A DNA stretch of 64,000 nt from a virus, in the IMG/VR virus record IMGVR_UViG_3300046004_000518, positions 32,001-96,000 of that record, one strand, 5' to 3'. Positions 37,342-48,210 of this stretch are shown piece by piece (within the stretch, counting starts at the first letter, position 1; every line of letters begins with the position of its first letter). Made by a program: the position numbers and the translations under genes. The notes below the pieces were generated by a model. The model saw nothing but the letters and a program-made list of their open reading frames with translations, searched no databases and was not told where the DNA came from.

Positions 37342-37907
37342 AGTTTAATTGAATTTCCTTTTGCTTGTGTATAAAAAATGTGTTGTCCTATCTTTGCTAC
37401 TCGTTTACCTTTGTCACGCCAGTCTGGACGAACATAGTCTGCGTGATAAAATAACGCTTTCTTCAATGGCTTAACTCTAACTCCATTATTTAATACTTGG
37501 TCAGCAATTTCTCTACTGCGATACCAAGTTGCATCTTTGGGTCTAGACCAAGCACGTTCTTTAACTTTGGTCCACGAAAACTGTGCTTTTGAATATACAA
37601 CATTGCATATATTCTTACCCCAGTAACCCGACTTCTTACGATTAAGTGTTACCTGCGCAACTGCGTATTTGCCTAAGTCGCTTTCAACGCCTGCTTCATA
37701 GTATATATTACGTACCAAACATTCAAACTCTCGCGGAGTGTATTTGGCTCGTGTGCCACTACGTTCTAATACTGCTTCTTTAATTATTTCAACATCGTCG
37801 TGTATTTCAAATACATGTTCTTCCATTTCATCCATGCGTTGATCCTGCACAAATAATATGTATAGCACACCTGCAATAATAAAATAAATTAAGCCACGTT
37901 TAATCAT
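37338..37907 (-). CDS. Cell wall hydrolase (SleB/Hydrolase_2)
   Basis: CL-x-x-NIYYEA, AVAQVTLNR, QFSW, FYHADYV-x-P-x-W, IGQHIFY; N-terminal TM. Confidence 0.9.
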   Translation of the reverse strand: MIKRGLIYFIIAGVLYILFVQDQRMDEMEEHVFEIHDDVEIIKEAVLERSGTRAKYTPREFECLVRNIYYEAGVESDLGKYAVAQVTLNRKKSGYWGKNICNVVYSKAQFSWTKVKERAWSRPKDATWYRSREIADQVLNNGVRVKPLKKALFYHADYVRPDWRDKGKRVAKIGQHIFYTQAKGNSIKL

Positions 37908-37939
37908 AATGTGCTTTCTCTAATGTTTAAAACACATGT

Positions 37940-37968
37940 ATTATACTATAGATTAGCCCGAAAGTCAA
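37940..37968 (-). promoter_or_regulatory. sigma70 promoter
   Basis: TTGACT-17-TATAAT. Confidence 0.8.
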
Positions 37969-37981
37969 GCAAAATATCAAC

Positions 37982-38010
37982 AAAAAAGCCCGCATTACAC
38001 GGGCTTTTTT
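37982..38010. terminator. Intrinsic terminator
   Basis: aaaaaagcccg-cattaca-cgggctttttt. Confidence 0.85.
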
Positions 38011-38027
38011 ATAACTACAGTTGCTAA

Positions 38028-38276
38028 TTAAGCAATGAATGCACGAGCACGTGAACCATTAACGTCGCGAGCAGTAACAGCGTAAGCAGTTTTGCCTGTG
38101 GTGTTTACTTCTGTTTTAACTACTAGACCGCATTTACGGAACTCTGACATACGAGCTGGTAAGTTTTTGATACCGTAGTTAGCTGAGGCTTGGGCCGCAG
38201 TTAAAGTTTTACCTGTACCACGTAGGTATTTTTCTAAGAATGCTACTTGATTTGTTACTTTAGCTAAATTTGCCAT
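38028..38276 (-). CDS. Small winged-HTH-like DNA-binding protein
   Basis: LT-x-x-QA-x-x-x-YGIKNL-x-ARMSE-x-R-x-x-G; monocistronic with promoter and terminator. Confidence 0.65.
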   Translation of the reverse strand: MANLAKVTNQVAFLEKYLRGTGKTLTAAQASANYGIKNLPARMSEFRKCGLVVKTEVNTTGKTAYAVTARDVNGSRARAFIA

Positions 38277-38333
38277 TGTTTACTTCTCCATAAAGATTAA
38301 TAAAAGTTTTGCTTAATTCCTAAGCATGTGTAT

Positions 38334-38362
38334 ATTATATACTCAGTTAATGATGTTGTCAA
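38334..38362 (-). promoter_or_regulatory. sigma70 promoter
   Basis: TTGACA-17-TATAAT. Confidence 0.8.
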
Positions 38363-38526
38363 CCTTTTTTGGTTAACCTAATTTCTTTAGTTTCTTCATT
38401 GATTGACCATACTAAAGTGTCATTTTCTTTCCAACCTAACTGTTCTAATAAGTCAGTTGGTAGAGGAAGAATTAGTTCACCAGTTGTTAAATCTTCTTCC
38501 AATATCGCAGTCCATTGAGTAGTCAT
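38359..38526 (-). CDS. AbrB/MazE-like small protein (55 aa; not in ORF track)
   Basis: MTTQWTAILEEDLTTGELILPLPTDLLEQLGWKENDTLVW... Confidence 0.65.
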   Translation of the reverse strand: MTTQWTAILEEDLTTGELILPLPTDLLEQLGWKENDTLVWSINEETKEIRLTKKG

Positions 38527-38853
38527 TTAAAATCCATGTAATTCAAGGTGAATTTTAATGTCAGTTACTGAATCTACACGGAAACTGCGCCATGCCTGTT
38601 TGTCTATACACCAAACGCTAATTGTAGCAGATTCCTTTTCAGTAGCCTCTTTAACCGGTGTTTTACGCTCATACGCAGGCACAATATCTGCTCTAAGGGT
38701 ACAGGGCATAGTACGCACTTCACCGTTTACTTTGGTAAATGTTATTTCACATATACGGTATTTTAATTCTTCTAACAGTTCTTCTTTAGTTAATATCATA
38801 CGATTCCTTTCTATTGATTCAGTAAATGCGTCCATACCCCAGGCTAATAACAT
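38527..38853 (-). CDS. WYL/SH3-like phage protein (start may be 38799)
   Basis: FTKVNGEVR-x-M-x-CTL...VW...AWRSFR. Confidence 0.7.
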   Translation of the reverse strand: MLLAWGMDAFTESIERNRMILTKEELLEELKYRICEITFTKVNGEVRTMPCTLRADIVPAYERKTPVKEATEKESATISVWCIDKQAWRSFRVDSVTDIKIHLELHGF

Positions 38854-39299
38854 TATTCTTTACCTTTCAAAATGTCAAATGTAATTTCTTTGGCACGCTC
38901 GTCTAATGCTTTGCGTTCTAGTACATCTATAGTGCGCAATAAATCCTGAACCAAATCAACGATGACCTCGCGGCCATCTGCTGTTAAATGACAATATTCA
39001 CGCCCGACTGGACTACTGTGCCATAGTTTGGAGTTGGTAATTAATCCCTGTAATGCACCGTACACAACATCTTTATTAGCCTGCTGGGCTAGTTTGTAAT
39101 TCTTTGTCATAATTGCGTCCTTAAACTTTAAATTATACAAATCAAGTGACTTAGTTGGTTTTCTCAGTCGCTGGAGTCGTTGCCATAGTCGCACATATCG
39201 CCATAGTTTATCTAATAGTATCATGCTTACCCACATAACACTTAATCCAACTGCTGTTACTAGAATTAGCCCCAATGTCGACCATAATCCACTGTACAT
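38853..39299 (-). CDS. Hypothetical protein (possible internal start at MTKNY)
   Basis: ORF, AGGAGAA RBS. Confidence 0.6.
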   Translation of the reverse strand: MYSGLWSTLGLILVTAVGLSVMWVSMILLDKLWRYVRLWQRLQRLRKPTKSLDLYNLKFKDAIMTKNYKLAQQANKDVVYGALQGLITNSKLWHSSPVGREYCHLTADGREVIVDLVQDLLRTIDVLERKALDERAKEITFDILKGKE

Positions 39300-39329
39300 A
39301 ATGTTCTCCTACATTACATTAATATACTA

Positions 39330-40664
39330 TCATTTAATGGCATTGTCAAATTGTTCGATAACTTTTGCTAAATCATCTGCTACTTTCTTGTCTGTTCTAA
39401 ATTCAGCAAAGCGTGGAAGGAATAATGAATATTTTGTGTTGTTACCCGTTGGCGGCATAATGCTGTTGCCTTTAACTGTGACAATCGTACCTATTAATTT
39501 ATCACGATTGTTATGTACTTCTAAACGTACTTCATCTGTAAAGCCACTGATGTTTACTTCAAGTAATCCATCGCTTGATTGGCAAACAATAGAACCAAAC
39601 GTTGCTTCGTTTTTACCGTTGCCAGCATTAAATCCCATTATAACCAAATCAACGTCGATATCAAGTTTCATTTTAACTTGGTCTTTGCTGGTGGTATCTT
39701 TCCAAATACCTGTAGCATTTTTAATAATTGTACCTTCCATGCCAAGGTCTAACATTTCACGATAGTGAGCTAGTGCTTCTTCCATGTTGTGTACAATACG
39801 TGTATCAATAAGTTCAATACATTCTGCTTTTAGTGTTTGTGTTGCTAATTCAGCAAAGCGAAGTTGATACGGTACTGCATACGTACCTTTAGAAACTACC
39901 GAAGTTAAGGCAATTTGGTCCCATACTAGGTATACAATCTCATCATTTGCGCCAATATCGCCGCCTTTTTGCACCTTGTTCAAGATACCATTACCAATTT
40001 GACGTGGTAGCACGACACCATCGCGTTTAACTAATAATTCACCGTGTGATTGTGTACCAATTGGAAATGTTTTTTGTACATCAGCAATTAAGTGTGCAAA
40101 GTATTGCGATGGAAATAATGAACCTGCACGACTTAGAATTTGTACGTCACCGTCTGCTGTATGATTTACGTTGGCAAACATACCATCTGCTTTGAGCTGA
40201 CTATACACGCCATCTGTCCAACTGAACTCATCTAACTTAGCGGCTTTTGGCAGTGCGCAACGCATATACGGAAACTCCGGAATTAAATTCTTCCATACTT
40301 TGTTTGCTGTTGATTCGCCAAAGCCAGCACGTAGGTCACGGTCTACTACTTTGGCAATTACTTTTGCATTGTCTGCTGATACACATTCGAGTATAAGTTT
40401 AAGCTGATTAATACCAGCGGTGCCAGTAACTTGGCGTGTGCTTAACATTTCTAATAACGAAAATGCTTCTGACATAGTCATGAAGTCAATGCGCATTTTA
40501 GTTTCGTACGGGGGAATTTTTTTAATGAAGAAGTTTACAGTTGGGTCATATGCAAGACGAACAACTTCCTGTAATTCTTTATTGTCTTTGTGCTTGGTAA
40601 GGATGGCAATTTTTGCATTCTTACTGGGTTCGTTTGCGACTTCTTCTAAAATAGCGTTTATCAT
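39330..40664 (-). CDS. ATP-dependent DNA ligase (T4 gp30-like)
   Basis: QLKADG (KxDG), GELL, EGTIIK, KMK, SLFLPRF. Confidence 0.92.
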   Translation of the reverse strand: MINAILEEVANEPSKNAKIAILTKHKDNKELQEVVRLAYDPTVNFFIKKIPPYETKMRIDFMTMSEAFSLLEMLSTRQVTGTAGINQLKLILECVSADNAKVIAKVVDRDLRAGFGESTANKVWKNLIPEFPYMRCALPKAAKLDEFSWTDGVYSQLKADGMFANVNHTADGDVQILSRAGSLFPSQYFAHLIADVQKTFPIGTQSHGELLVKRDGVVLPRQIGNGILNKVQKGGDIGANDEIVYLVWDQIALTSVVSKGTYAVPYQLRFAELATQTLKAECIELIDTRIVHNMEEALAHYREMLDLGMEGTIIKNATGIWKDTTSKDQVKMKLDIDVDLVIMGFNAGNGKNEATFGSIVCQSSDGLLEVNISGFTDEVRLEVHNNRDKLIGTIVTVKGNSIMPPTGNNTKYSLFLPRFAEFRTDKKVADDLAKVIEQFDNAIK

Positions 40665-40694
40665 TTATACACTCATTTATTAATTTATAAGTGT

Positions 40695-40723
40695 ATTATA
40701 CAGCCATTTAACCAAAAAGTCAA
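40695..40723 (-). promoter_or_regulatory. sigma70 promoter
   Basis: TTGACT-17-TATAAT. Confidence 0.85.
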
Positions 40724-40730
40724 GTGATAT

Positions 40731-42836
40731 TTAGACCCTACCAACAACTACTTCGATTGTGACTATTTCGCCATCGGGTACTGAGCCCAATGCCTTGCCG
40801 ATGATACAACCTGGTTGATATTTGGTCATATCTAAACGTTCTGCTACACCGCGCACATCGCTGGTAACTACACGATCGCCTTTGTTAATTGGACCTTGCA
40901 CACGACATGGTACACGACCTTGCAATGCAACAGGCAGTCCATCGAGTTCAGAATTCATTAGATGTGCTGGATTAGTAGATATAACACCTGCAACCGCAGT
41001 ATCATGACTGAATGTACTAATAGTAATTTCTTCATTACCACCAAATACTACCACAGTACCCGGAACGTATTTCTTATCGCTAGAATAGTTTTCAGCCAAG
41101 TCAGCGTAACGTGCGTTAGTGGCTGTGCCGGTCATAACACCGCAGGCAAATGCCTCGTATGATGTACCTGGGTTATTTACAATAGCTATTCTACCACTGG
41201 CTTCCATTACAATACTCGAAGCAACCACGCCGCTCCAGTGGAATGCTAGTCTAGGTGCCGCAGCAATAGCACTAGCTTGGGCGCCAGCTAACCCAGCTTC
41301 ACGGATTTGAATAGCAGAACCGTAGCCAGTACCACTAGAGCTTGATGCAATATAACTGGCGCCTGCGCCATACAAATTAGTTGCTGTGCCGCTAGAAGTG
41401 ATAAATCCTGCACCATTGGTAAGTTGATTAGTGTTTGTCACATTAGTGGCACCTGCCGCAATACCATCTAATTTACTAGCGTAGGTGCTGGTCATGTAGC
41501 CATTAACTGATGCAGTTGCGGCTGCCATGCTAATTGCCGGTGTGGTTCCGCCGCTTGATGTAACTGGAGCCGTACCAGTAACACTTGTAACCATAGTAGC
41601 GTTTGCACCAGCAAGTGAATTGTTAATTGCAGTAATATTTGCATCAACATAGCCTTTCATTGCTGTGTTAGCTGTAGTAATAGCAGTTGTTGTGGTACTT
41701 ATTTGCCCATCAACATAGCCTTTCATGTTGGTATTGGCTGTGGTAATACTCGAGCCAGTAGTTGATATCTGCCCATCAACATAGCCTTTCATGTTGGTAT
41801 TGGCTGTGGTAATACTCGAGTCAGTAGTTGATATCTGCCCATCAACATAGCCTTTCATGTTGGTATTAGCAGTTGTGATAGCACTTTCAACGTTAGTCAA
41901 AATACTCTGCCCATTAGCATAGGTAACACCGGTTGTGATTAAATTACCAACTCTTAAATTACTGTAAGTGGCATTAGTAAAGTCAACAGTTGTAGTGGGT
42001 TCAGCTACTACGTTAGCAAATAATTTCCATACATCGTCACTGGCATCACGAACTAACCCAGTATGTTGATAGCCCGGGTTAGTAAAAGACGCAACAAATC
42101 CAATATCTAATACATCACCCGAATTATCGTGCGCCAAATATAATAATGTATCACTGAGTTGTATATTGTTACTACTAAATGTAGTCTGTGTACCTAATAC
42201 ATTTAAGTCGCCGCTAACATTTAAATTTGCACCAACACTAACACCGCCGGTAACAATTAATGCACCGGTACCCACCCCAGTTGATTGCGTTGCATTAGTA
42301 ATTGATACCGCACCAGTAAATGTTGCGCCGCTTAAATCGGCTTTAGTGACATCAACACTGTCAACATACCCTTTCATATTGGTGTTGGCTGTTGTGGCTG
42401 CACTTGAAGTAGTTGATATCTGACCGTCAACATAACCTTTCATGTTGGTATTAGCAGTTACAATAGCGGCATTTGCAGCAGTTATTTGACTTAATTGAGT
42501 AGATGCATTACTTGTCCATGCAGTAGTAACTGCATCAACATAACCTTTCATGTTAGTGTTAGCTGTAACTATTTGTCCGCTTAAAGCACCAGCATTGGCA
42601 ATAATTGCTGTTAGAATACTAACTCCGTTAGCATAATTATAATTTGCTGCCGATATATTACCAGTTACAGCCAGCGAGCTTAATGTACCTACAGAAGTAA
42701 TATTACCCTGCGTATTTGCTGACAAATCACCAGATACTGTAGGGGTACTAGTTGATCCATCGGATACTACCTGCCCTGCAATAGATATTTTCTTTGATAC
42801 ATTGTCAAATTTAAATGAACGTTTACGTGACGACAT
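40731..42836 (-). CDS. Tail fibre with coiled-coil repeats and C-terminal chaperone-like domain
   Basis: Seven TANT(N/A)MKGYVD motifs; RYADLAENY...ALQGRVPCRV...IEVVVGRV. Confidence 0.8.
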   Translation of the reverse strand: MSSRKRSFKFDNVSKKISIAGQVVSDGSTSTPTVSGDLSANTQGNITSVGTLSSLAVTGNISAANYNYANGVSILTAIIANAGALSGQIVTANTNMKGYVDAVTTAWTSNASTQLSQITAANAAIVTANTNMKGYVDGQISTTSSAATTANTNMKGYVDSVDVTKADLSGATFTGAVSITNATQSTGVGTGALIVTGGVSVGANLNVSGDLNVLGTQTTFSSNNIQLSDTLLYLAHDNSGDVLDIGFVASFTNPGYQHTGLVRDASDDVWKLFANVVAEPTTTVDFTNATYSNLRVGNLITTGVTYANGQSILTNVESAITTANTNMKGYVDGQISTTDSSITTANTNMKGYVDGQISTTGSSITTANTNMKGYVDGQISTTTTAITTANTAMKGYVDANITAINNSLAGANATMVTSVTGTAPVTSSGGTTPAISMAAATASVNGYMTSTYASKLDGIAAGATNVTNTNQLTNGAGFITSSGTATNLYGAGASYIASSSSGTGYGSAIQIREAGLAGAQASAIAAAPRLAFHWSGVVASSIVMEASGRIAIVNNPGTSYEAFACGVMTGTATNARYADLAENYSSDKKYVPGTVVVFGGNEEITISTFSHDTAVAGVISTNPAHLMNSELDGLPVALQGRVPCRVQGPINKGDRVVTSDVRGVAERLDMTKYQPGCIIGKALGSVPDGEIVTIEVVVGRV
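41641..41880 (-). repeat. 66-bp (22 aa) tandem repeat, about 4 units
   Basis: Units start at 41641, 41707, 41773, 41839; the two central units differ by 1 nt. Confidence 0.9.
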
Positions 42837-44050
42837 TATTCTGCTACCTCAATTGTTTTAACCACTGCGGTCCAGCGGATTGTTTTATTTGCTGCACCTG
42901 TAACATACAAGTTTATACTATTATTTGTGTCGTCTGCTCTAGCGTCAACTGCCCATGTTACATCATCATGTGCTACAACAATTTCGTACACATCGCCAAC
43001 GTCAGCTACTGTACCTGAAAAATTATCCGCACAGCCTTCTAATTCCCATGCGGCAGATTCACCGGTGGCATCAGTTCTTCTTGCTACGATATGTATATCA
43101 TACAGTACCGTGGTATTTGTATTTACAGGCATTCTTGTACCTGCACCTACTGTTAGTATCTCTGTTTCTGTGGCATTAGTTGTTGTGCCGTGTAGGACAT
43201 ATTGACGTGTTACATACGTTCCTGTTCCCTGTGACACAAACCCAGTGACATTAATACTACCTGCGGTAACTGCACCAGAAACGTTTGCATTGGGCGGATT
43301 GAAATCATTATTTTTACCCAACTCTACAGTGGTTCCATCACTGGTAAACATCCATTTACCATTGGTGTCCACACTGATAGATTCACTACCAATATGAATT
43401 GTGCTACCAGCAAACCAACCTTCGCGCCAACGTTGTGTTGGGCTACCTAGATCGTATGTAATGTTAGCACTTGGCAACATACTACCAGTAACTGTAACGT
43501 TAGCATTACCAACTAATTGTGTTAAAACAACACTATTGCCAACTGTTAATACATTTCCGGTTTTATTAAAAGTTAAGCCAGCACTTGCCCCAGTATCTCC
43601 ACTGTCATTGAATTGAACTTGCGTATTTGCGCCTGCGGCTGCAGCTGAGCCAGCAACAAATGGATTAATAAATGTTAATCCCGTAACTCCTAGTGTTATA
43701 GGATCTGGTGTGGCCAAATTAAATGTTTTACTGCTGTGAGTATCACCTTCAGCAACGGTAGTAGTCATACCGCTTGTAACTTTATCATTGGCATCGGCAT
43801 CTGCAGCACGTATCCAAGTGCCATCACTACCTGTGCCCACAGTGGCTACACGATATATACCATTTTGTTTAGTATCACTTTGATCTTTAACTAAAATACG
43901 ATCTGCGACTGCCAATGATTTGCCGTCAACAGTGTTGGTCATATTACCAGTTGCTAGTAAATTACCCACATCCCCGGTGGTGGCAACCCGCACACTTTGT
44001 TTGTAATCGGAATCGTATATCTGACTGTATCTTGGTCTAGTTAATGCCAT
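42836..44050 (-). CDS. Tail fibre/virion structural protein
   Basis: DYKQSVRVATT...ILVKDQ...QNGIY; QVQFND; YDLGS-x-x-x-RW. Confidence 0.75.
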   Translation of the reverse strand: MALTRPRYSQIYDSDYKQSVRVATTGDVGNLLATGNMTNTVDGKSLAVADRILVKDQSDTKQNGIYRVATVGTGSDGTWIRAADADANDKVTSGMTTTVAEGDTHSSKTFNLATPDPITLGVTGLTFINPFVAGSAAAAGANTQVQFNDSGDTGASAGLTFNKTGNVLTVGNSVVLTQLVGNANVTVTGSMLPSANITYDLGSPTQRWREGWFAGSTIHIGSESISVDTNGKWMFTSDGTTVELGKNNDFNPPNANVSGAVTAGSINVTGFVSQGTGTYVTRQYVLHGTTTNATETEILTVGAGTRMPVNTNTTVLYDIHIVARRTDATGESAAWELEGCADNFSGTVADVGDVYEIVVAHDDVTWAVDARADDTNNSINLYVTGAANKTIRWTAVVKTIEVAE

Positions 44051-44086
44051 TGTATATGCTCTTTATCTTATTGTAGTATTTATACG

Positions 44087-44110
44087 AAAATAGGACCCGA
44101 AGGTCCTATT
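44087..44110 (-). terminator. Intrinsic terminator (UUCG loop on minus strand)
   Basis: aaaataggacc-cgaa-ggtcctatt. Confidence 0.8.
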
Positions 44111-44129
44111 GTCTATAACAATATTACTA

Positions 44130-47100
44130 TTACGCTTGTGATTCTGTAAACGAAATTTGAATTTCTCCACTGGCTGATGCAGTAGTAATTGATGTAATGT
44201 TAATAGCCAATACCTCTGGACCATCTGGATAAACACCATTACCTGGAATTGCCGAAGTAACTAATTGTTTAACACGACTTAAATCCAGCACCCCAGAGTT
44301 CGTTTGGTTAACCGGAATAGCAAACAACCGTTCACCACCCGTAGCAGCCGTGCCGCTGGTGTATGTAGGACTAGTTGCAAATTGAGTGAAACTTGGTTGA
44401 AATCCACTTGCCGCAGTATTTAAGTTAATCCATGTTGTTGCAGTAGCATTAACATTAGTTGGATTTAAAATACCCTCAATTAAGAAACGTGCGTTAGTAC
44501 CAGTGTAGTTAACAACCATATCATTTAACTCTAATTGCGCACGATTAATTAAGTCACGTGTACCTAAATCACCAATAATAGTGTTTGACACACTAGGAGT
44601 TAACCGCATCAAGAATGCTGTTTTAACTGCGTTAGCTGTTGCCGGGAATGTAAAGTTCTGCGCACTGTAAGTAAATGAATAGCCTCGATCTTCATCAAAT
44701 CCACCATCCATAATTACTGCAGAACCCCAGTGGTTTAACGTTGGTGCTGAGGTACAACTTAATACAGTTACCCCAGTACCCTCAGTATGACCCGCAGCAG
44801 TACCCATAGTAAATGATTTACTACTACCATCTTGCCATAGTGTAAATGCCGATGCACGTGTCAAATTGCCTAATCGATTTAAACTATAATCAATTGATGA
44901 ATATTTAATAACTTCATTATCAACTACTACGTATACTGGATATGCCACTGATGCTGGCGGAAATTGTGTTGCATCAACTAAATCCATTGATGTATCACCT
45001 GCGGAAATTGTAGCAATTAATTTATCTGTTGCGCTTTCATTATTTGCTGCATAACGTACCGGTAAATTACCGGAACGCATATATGCTTCGTCATTCACGT
45101 TATTGTTTTTAATACGATGAACCATGATAAATGCACCATTCGGTCCACGTAAACCATACTCAACAAAACCAGCACCGTACCACGCATATTGAATCATTAA
45201 CATCTGCATCTTTGTTATATCGACTTGGAAACCACTCGGACCAGTACCATCAATTTTATCTAAATTAAACTGAGATTGTGGAATACGGAATTCATTTACT
45301 AATGCCATTTTAACACGAATTTGATTAGATGCGCCACGCCACGGTGGACTAACTGTCATAGTATTGTTATCTGTGATGCTTGTAACAATATGACTCATGC
45401 CACGAATAACTACGCGACTATATTTGGTTAATTGTTCTGCAAAACGACATGTGCCATCACCAGAAATTAAATTACTGCCAACTTCTGTAGTAACAAATCC
45501 GCAAAGTTGTAATGTGGCTGAACGTAATACTACATTTAAATTAGTACCAGTGTATTCCCAATATGCACCATTTTGATCATCATATATACCAGCACGTACA
45601 GTAGACCCGTGCCAGTTAGCTAAATTAATTTTTGGTTGTATATCCATTTTTGGAGTTGCTGATCCTAACGTTTCTTGAGCAGTAACAGTAAATGAAGAAT
45701 CACTTGTGATACTAGTTACACGATAATAATTATCATATCCACTTGTTGCAATATTGTTTAATTTAATATTAGCACCGATTTGTAAATAATGTTCATTTTC
45801 TGTAGTAATAGTAATAGTACTACTTAATGCAGTTGTACCATCGGCTGATATGTTGGCTACATCAAAGTTAGTTGATAATAGTGTACCTGAGCTCCAAAAT
45901 AATCCCTTGCCAGATTGATAACGGAAGTATTTTTTACTTTGTCTTGCAGCCATTGCGCCATGATGTGGAGTACCTGAACCAATATTTACACCGCCATCAA
46001 ACGGTCTATGAATAAAGAAAGCACTTGCTTTAATATAGATTTTAGCAGTTAAACTACCAGACACAGCAGCTCCGGGTTTTCCTTGATATGTAAATGTAGT
46101 TGGAGTAGGGATACTTAAGATTGTAAATGAGCCATCACCCCATGCTACGTTAGTACCAGATAATAAATCAACGTTGATTGGTGTACCTGGACTCATACCG
46201 TGCGCATATGGTGTTGTGACTGTAATTGTACTCGGTGTTGCTTCATCACTAACAATAGTTGATAATGGAATTGCAGCACCAGTAAATAATGCCGCCTTAC
46301 GAATTTGTGTATCGTAACGATTTAATGGGTAACCAATATTTAAATTAGTTGTTCTACGTGGATAATAGAACATATGATTAGTCTCAGCTGTCTGAAGTTG
46401 ATATATCCCTTCCGTGTTAGCATTACTATGATTTGTTGTACTTATAAATGAATGACTAACACCACCGTGTGCAATAACATTAATTCCAATTTGTGGAACG
46501 TATGTGCTACCAGCTTGATATAAACCAGTCATTCGTATAGCAATACTTCCTACTGGAGCTGCCGAAATAGCAGTAGTTCCTACAGTACCACGACTAATTG
46601 TGGCGGCATTGGCTACTGCTGTTCCGATTGTAGTAGCTTTAACAATTTCAACGTTTGATCCAGATCCTGTTAATGCATCAAAGTTAAGTTTTTGGATTAC
46701 TGATCCTGATAATAAATTATCAGCACCTACAGTATTCATCCAACTACGATTTATTGACATGTTAACATTACTTTCGATACTTGTAATAATACCAATTTCA
46801 ACATTGCTTATTAAACGTACACTTTGACCACTTGTAATGTTAACATTACCGGAGTTTGTATTTAAACGTCGACGGGTAACTGTTAATGAGCTACCGCCAT
46901 TGGCGGTCACCGTCATTAATTCCCACAGGTCAGTAGTATCGGTTTGAACCATAATAGTCGCACCTGTGGCAATAGCTGCACCGGATCCAACTACCAATGT
47001 AGTTGTAGCACCAGACGAAATTGTAGTTGTTACTGTTGTTGTATCAGCGAGACCCAGATATGCTAATAATAGTTGATCGTTTACAGCAAATCCAGCAGTA

Positions 47101-47795
47101 TTAGCTACTGTTAGACTACGTTGATTACTATTAATTACGTTAGCTGTAGTATATGTTTGAACGTTTGCGCCTGCTACATATGGATTAACAATTAACATGT
47201 AATCATTTTGTGTCCAGTTTGGTGACGCAACACCGGTTTGATTCATTAACGTAATACTTGTTGTACCAGTACTTGTAATTGGAGTTTGACCAATAAATGT
47301 TACATACCCTGCGGTATTAGAAGTAAGTTCACTACCCGGTAATTCATATAAACTTGGAATATCGTTATTTAAAAATATCGATTGCCATTTAGTATTTTGT
47401 AACCCATACTCAAAGTCAGCATCGATTAATGATTTTGGGTTTGATACCCGCATACGTTCAATAGCATCAGTACCAAATGGCCATGGTCGTATTGTTTGAC
47501 TTTCTGCTTCGACGTATACACCTAGACTATCAGCTGCACTCATCGTGGCGGTACTGGTTGTAAATATTAGGGTAGTGACACCATCTTGCCCTTGCGGGAA
47601 ATCTGCATCATATGCCGATGACCATGTTACTACGCCGCCTAATAATGGATCAGCAAAGTTATATATAAAAGTTTGATCTGTAGCATTTAATATTGTTAAA
47701 ATATCTGAAATATCATAATTGCCTGATATTTTAACTTTTCCAACTCCTGCGCCACCTGGTGTAAATACGTAATTTTTAATTTGTTGTCTTGCCAT
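44130..47795 (-). CDS. Large virion structural protein
   Basis: 1221 aa, Thr/Ser/Gly-rich beta protein; LIDADFEYGLQ, KKYFRYQSGKG, WYGAG motifs. Confidence 0.75.
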   Translation of the reverse strand: MARQQIKNYVFTPGGAGVGKVKISGNYDISDILTILNATDQTFIYNFADPLLGGVVTWSSAYDADFPQGQDGVTTLIFTTSTATMSAADSLGVYVEAESQTIRPWPFGTDAIERMRVSNPKSLIDADFEYGLQNTKWQSIFLNNDIPSLYELPGSELTSNTAGYVTFIGQTPITSTGTTSITLMNQTGVASPNWTQNDYMLIVNPYVAGANVQTYTTANVINSNQRSLTVANTAGFAVNDQLLLAYLGLADTTTVTTTISSGATTTLVVGSGAAIATGATIMVQTDTTDLWELMTVTANGGSSLTVTRRRLNTNSGNVNITSGQSVRLISNVEIGIITSIESNVNMSINRSWMNTVGADNLLSGSVIQKLNFDALTGSGSNVEIVKATTIGTAVANAATISRGTVGTTAISAAPVGSIAIRMTGLYQAGSTYVPQIGINVIAHGGVSHSFISTTNHSNANTEGIYQLQTAETNHMFYYPRRTTNLNIGYPLNRYDTQIRKAALFTGAAIPLSTIVSDEATPSTITVTTPYAHGMSPGTPINVDLLSGTNVAWGDGSFTILSIPTPTTFTYQGKPGAAVSGSLTAKIYIKASAFFIHRPFDGGVNIGSGTPHHGAMAARQSKKYFRYQSGKGLFWSSGTLLSTNFDVANISADGTTALSSTITITTENEHYLQIGANIKLNNIATSGYDNYYRVTSITSDSSFTVTAQETLGSATPKMDIQPKINLANWHGSTVRAGIYDDQNGAYWEYTGTNLNVVLRSATLQLCGFVTTEVGSNLISGDGTCRFAEQLTKYSRVVIRGMSHIVTSITDNNTMTVSPPWRGASNQIRVKMALVNEFRIPQSQFNLDKIDGTGPSGFQVDITKMQMLMIQYAWYGAGFVEYGLRGPNGAFIMVHRIKNNNVNDEAYMRSGNLPVRYAANNESATDKLIATISAGDTSMDLVDATQFPPASVAYPVYVVVDNEVIKYSSIDYSLNRLGNLTRASAFTLWQDGSSKSFTMGTAAGHTEGTGVTVLSCTSAPTLNHWGSAVIMDGGFDEDRGYSFTYSAQNFTFPATANAVKTAFLMRLTPSVSNTIIGDLGTRDLINRAQLELNDMVVNYTGTNARFLIEGILNPTNVNATATTWINLNTAASGFQPSFTQFATSPTYTSGTAATGGERLFAIPVNQTNSGVLDLSRVKQLVTSAIPGNGVYPDGPEVLAINITSITTASASGEIQISFTESQA

Positions 47796-47797
47796 TT

Positions 47798-48202
47798 TTA
47801 TGTCCCGAAAATAATAGAATTTGCTAACAATCTAGCTTTTAATGTTGCTGATAACTTATCGTACTGTAATGTTGAATCTGCAAGTGCAGCATTTGTAATA
47901 GTATTATTACTTGGAATACCTGTATCTAATACATCACCGTATACTATCACGTGCCATGTATTTAACCACGCACTCGTTGGGGCCGTATTAAATACGATTG
48001 TAGCATTATTGAAATAATAATCTGCGCCAGGAATTAATACATTACCTGCGCCAACAGCAATAGTAGCATACGGATTGCTAACTGTGTATGCTTGCCCGGA
48101 TACGGTGGTGTTAAATGTTGATAACACTCCGTTGAATTGAGTAGAAATATTATCTAACTTAACAAAATTTCCAACTTGTGGTGTTTGACCTATGTAAGCC
48201 AT
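47798..48202 (-). CDS. Virion structural protein
   Basis: MAYIG start, LD-x-IS-x-x-FNG, F-x-x-AP domain. Confidence 0.7.
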   Translation of the reverse strand: MAYIGQTPQVGNFVKLDNISTQFNGVLSTFNTTVSGQAYTVSNPYATIAVGAGNVLIPGADYYFNNATIVFNTAPTSAWLNTWHVIVYGDVLDTGIPSNNTITNAALADSTLQYDKLSATLKARLLANSIIFGT

Positions 48203-48210
48203 ATATTCTC

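Noticed and set aside
41641-41880. CRISPR array
   Set aside because: Contiguous in-frame 66-bp coding repeats with no unique spacers and no cas genes
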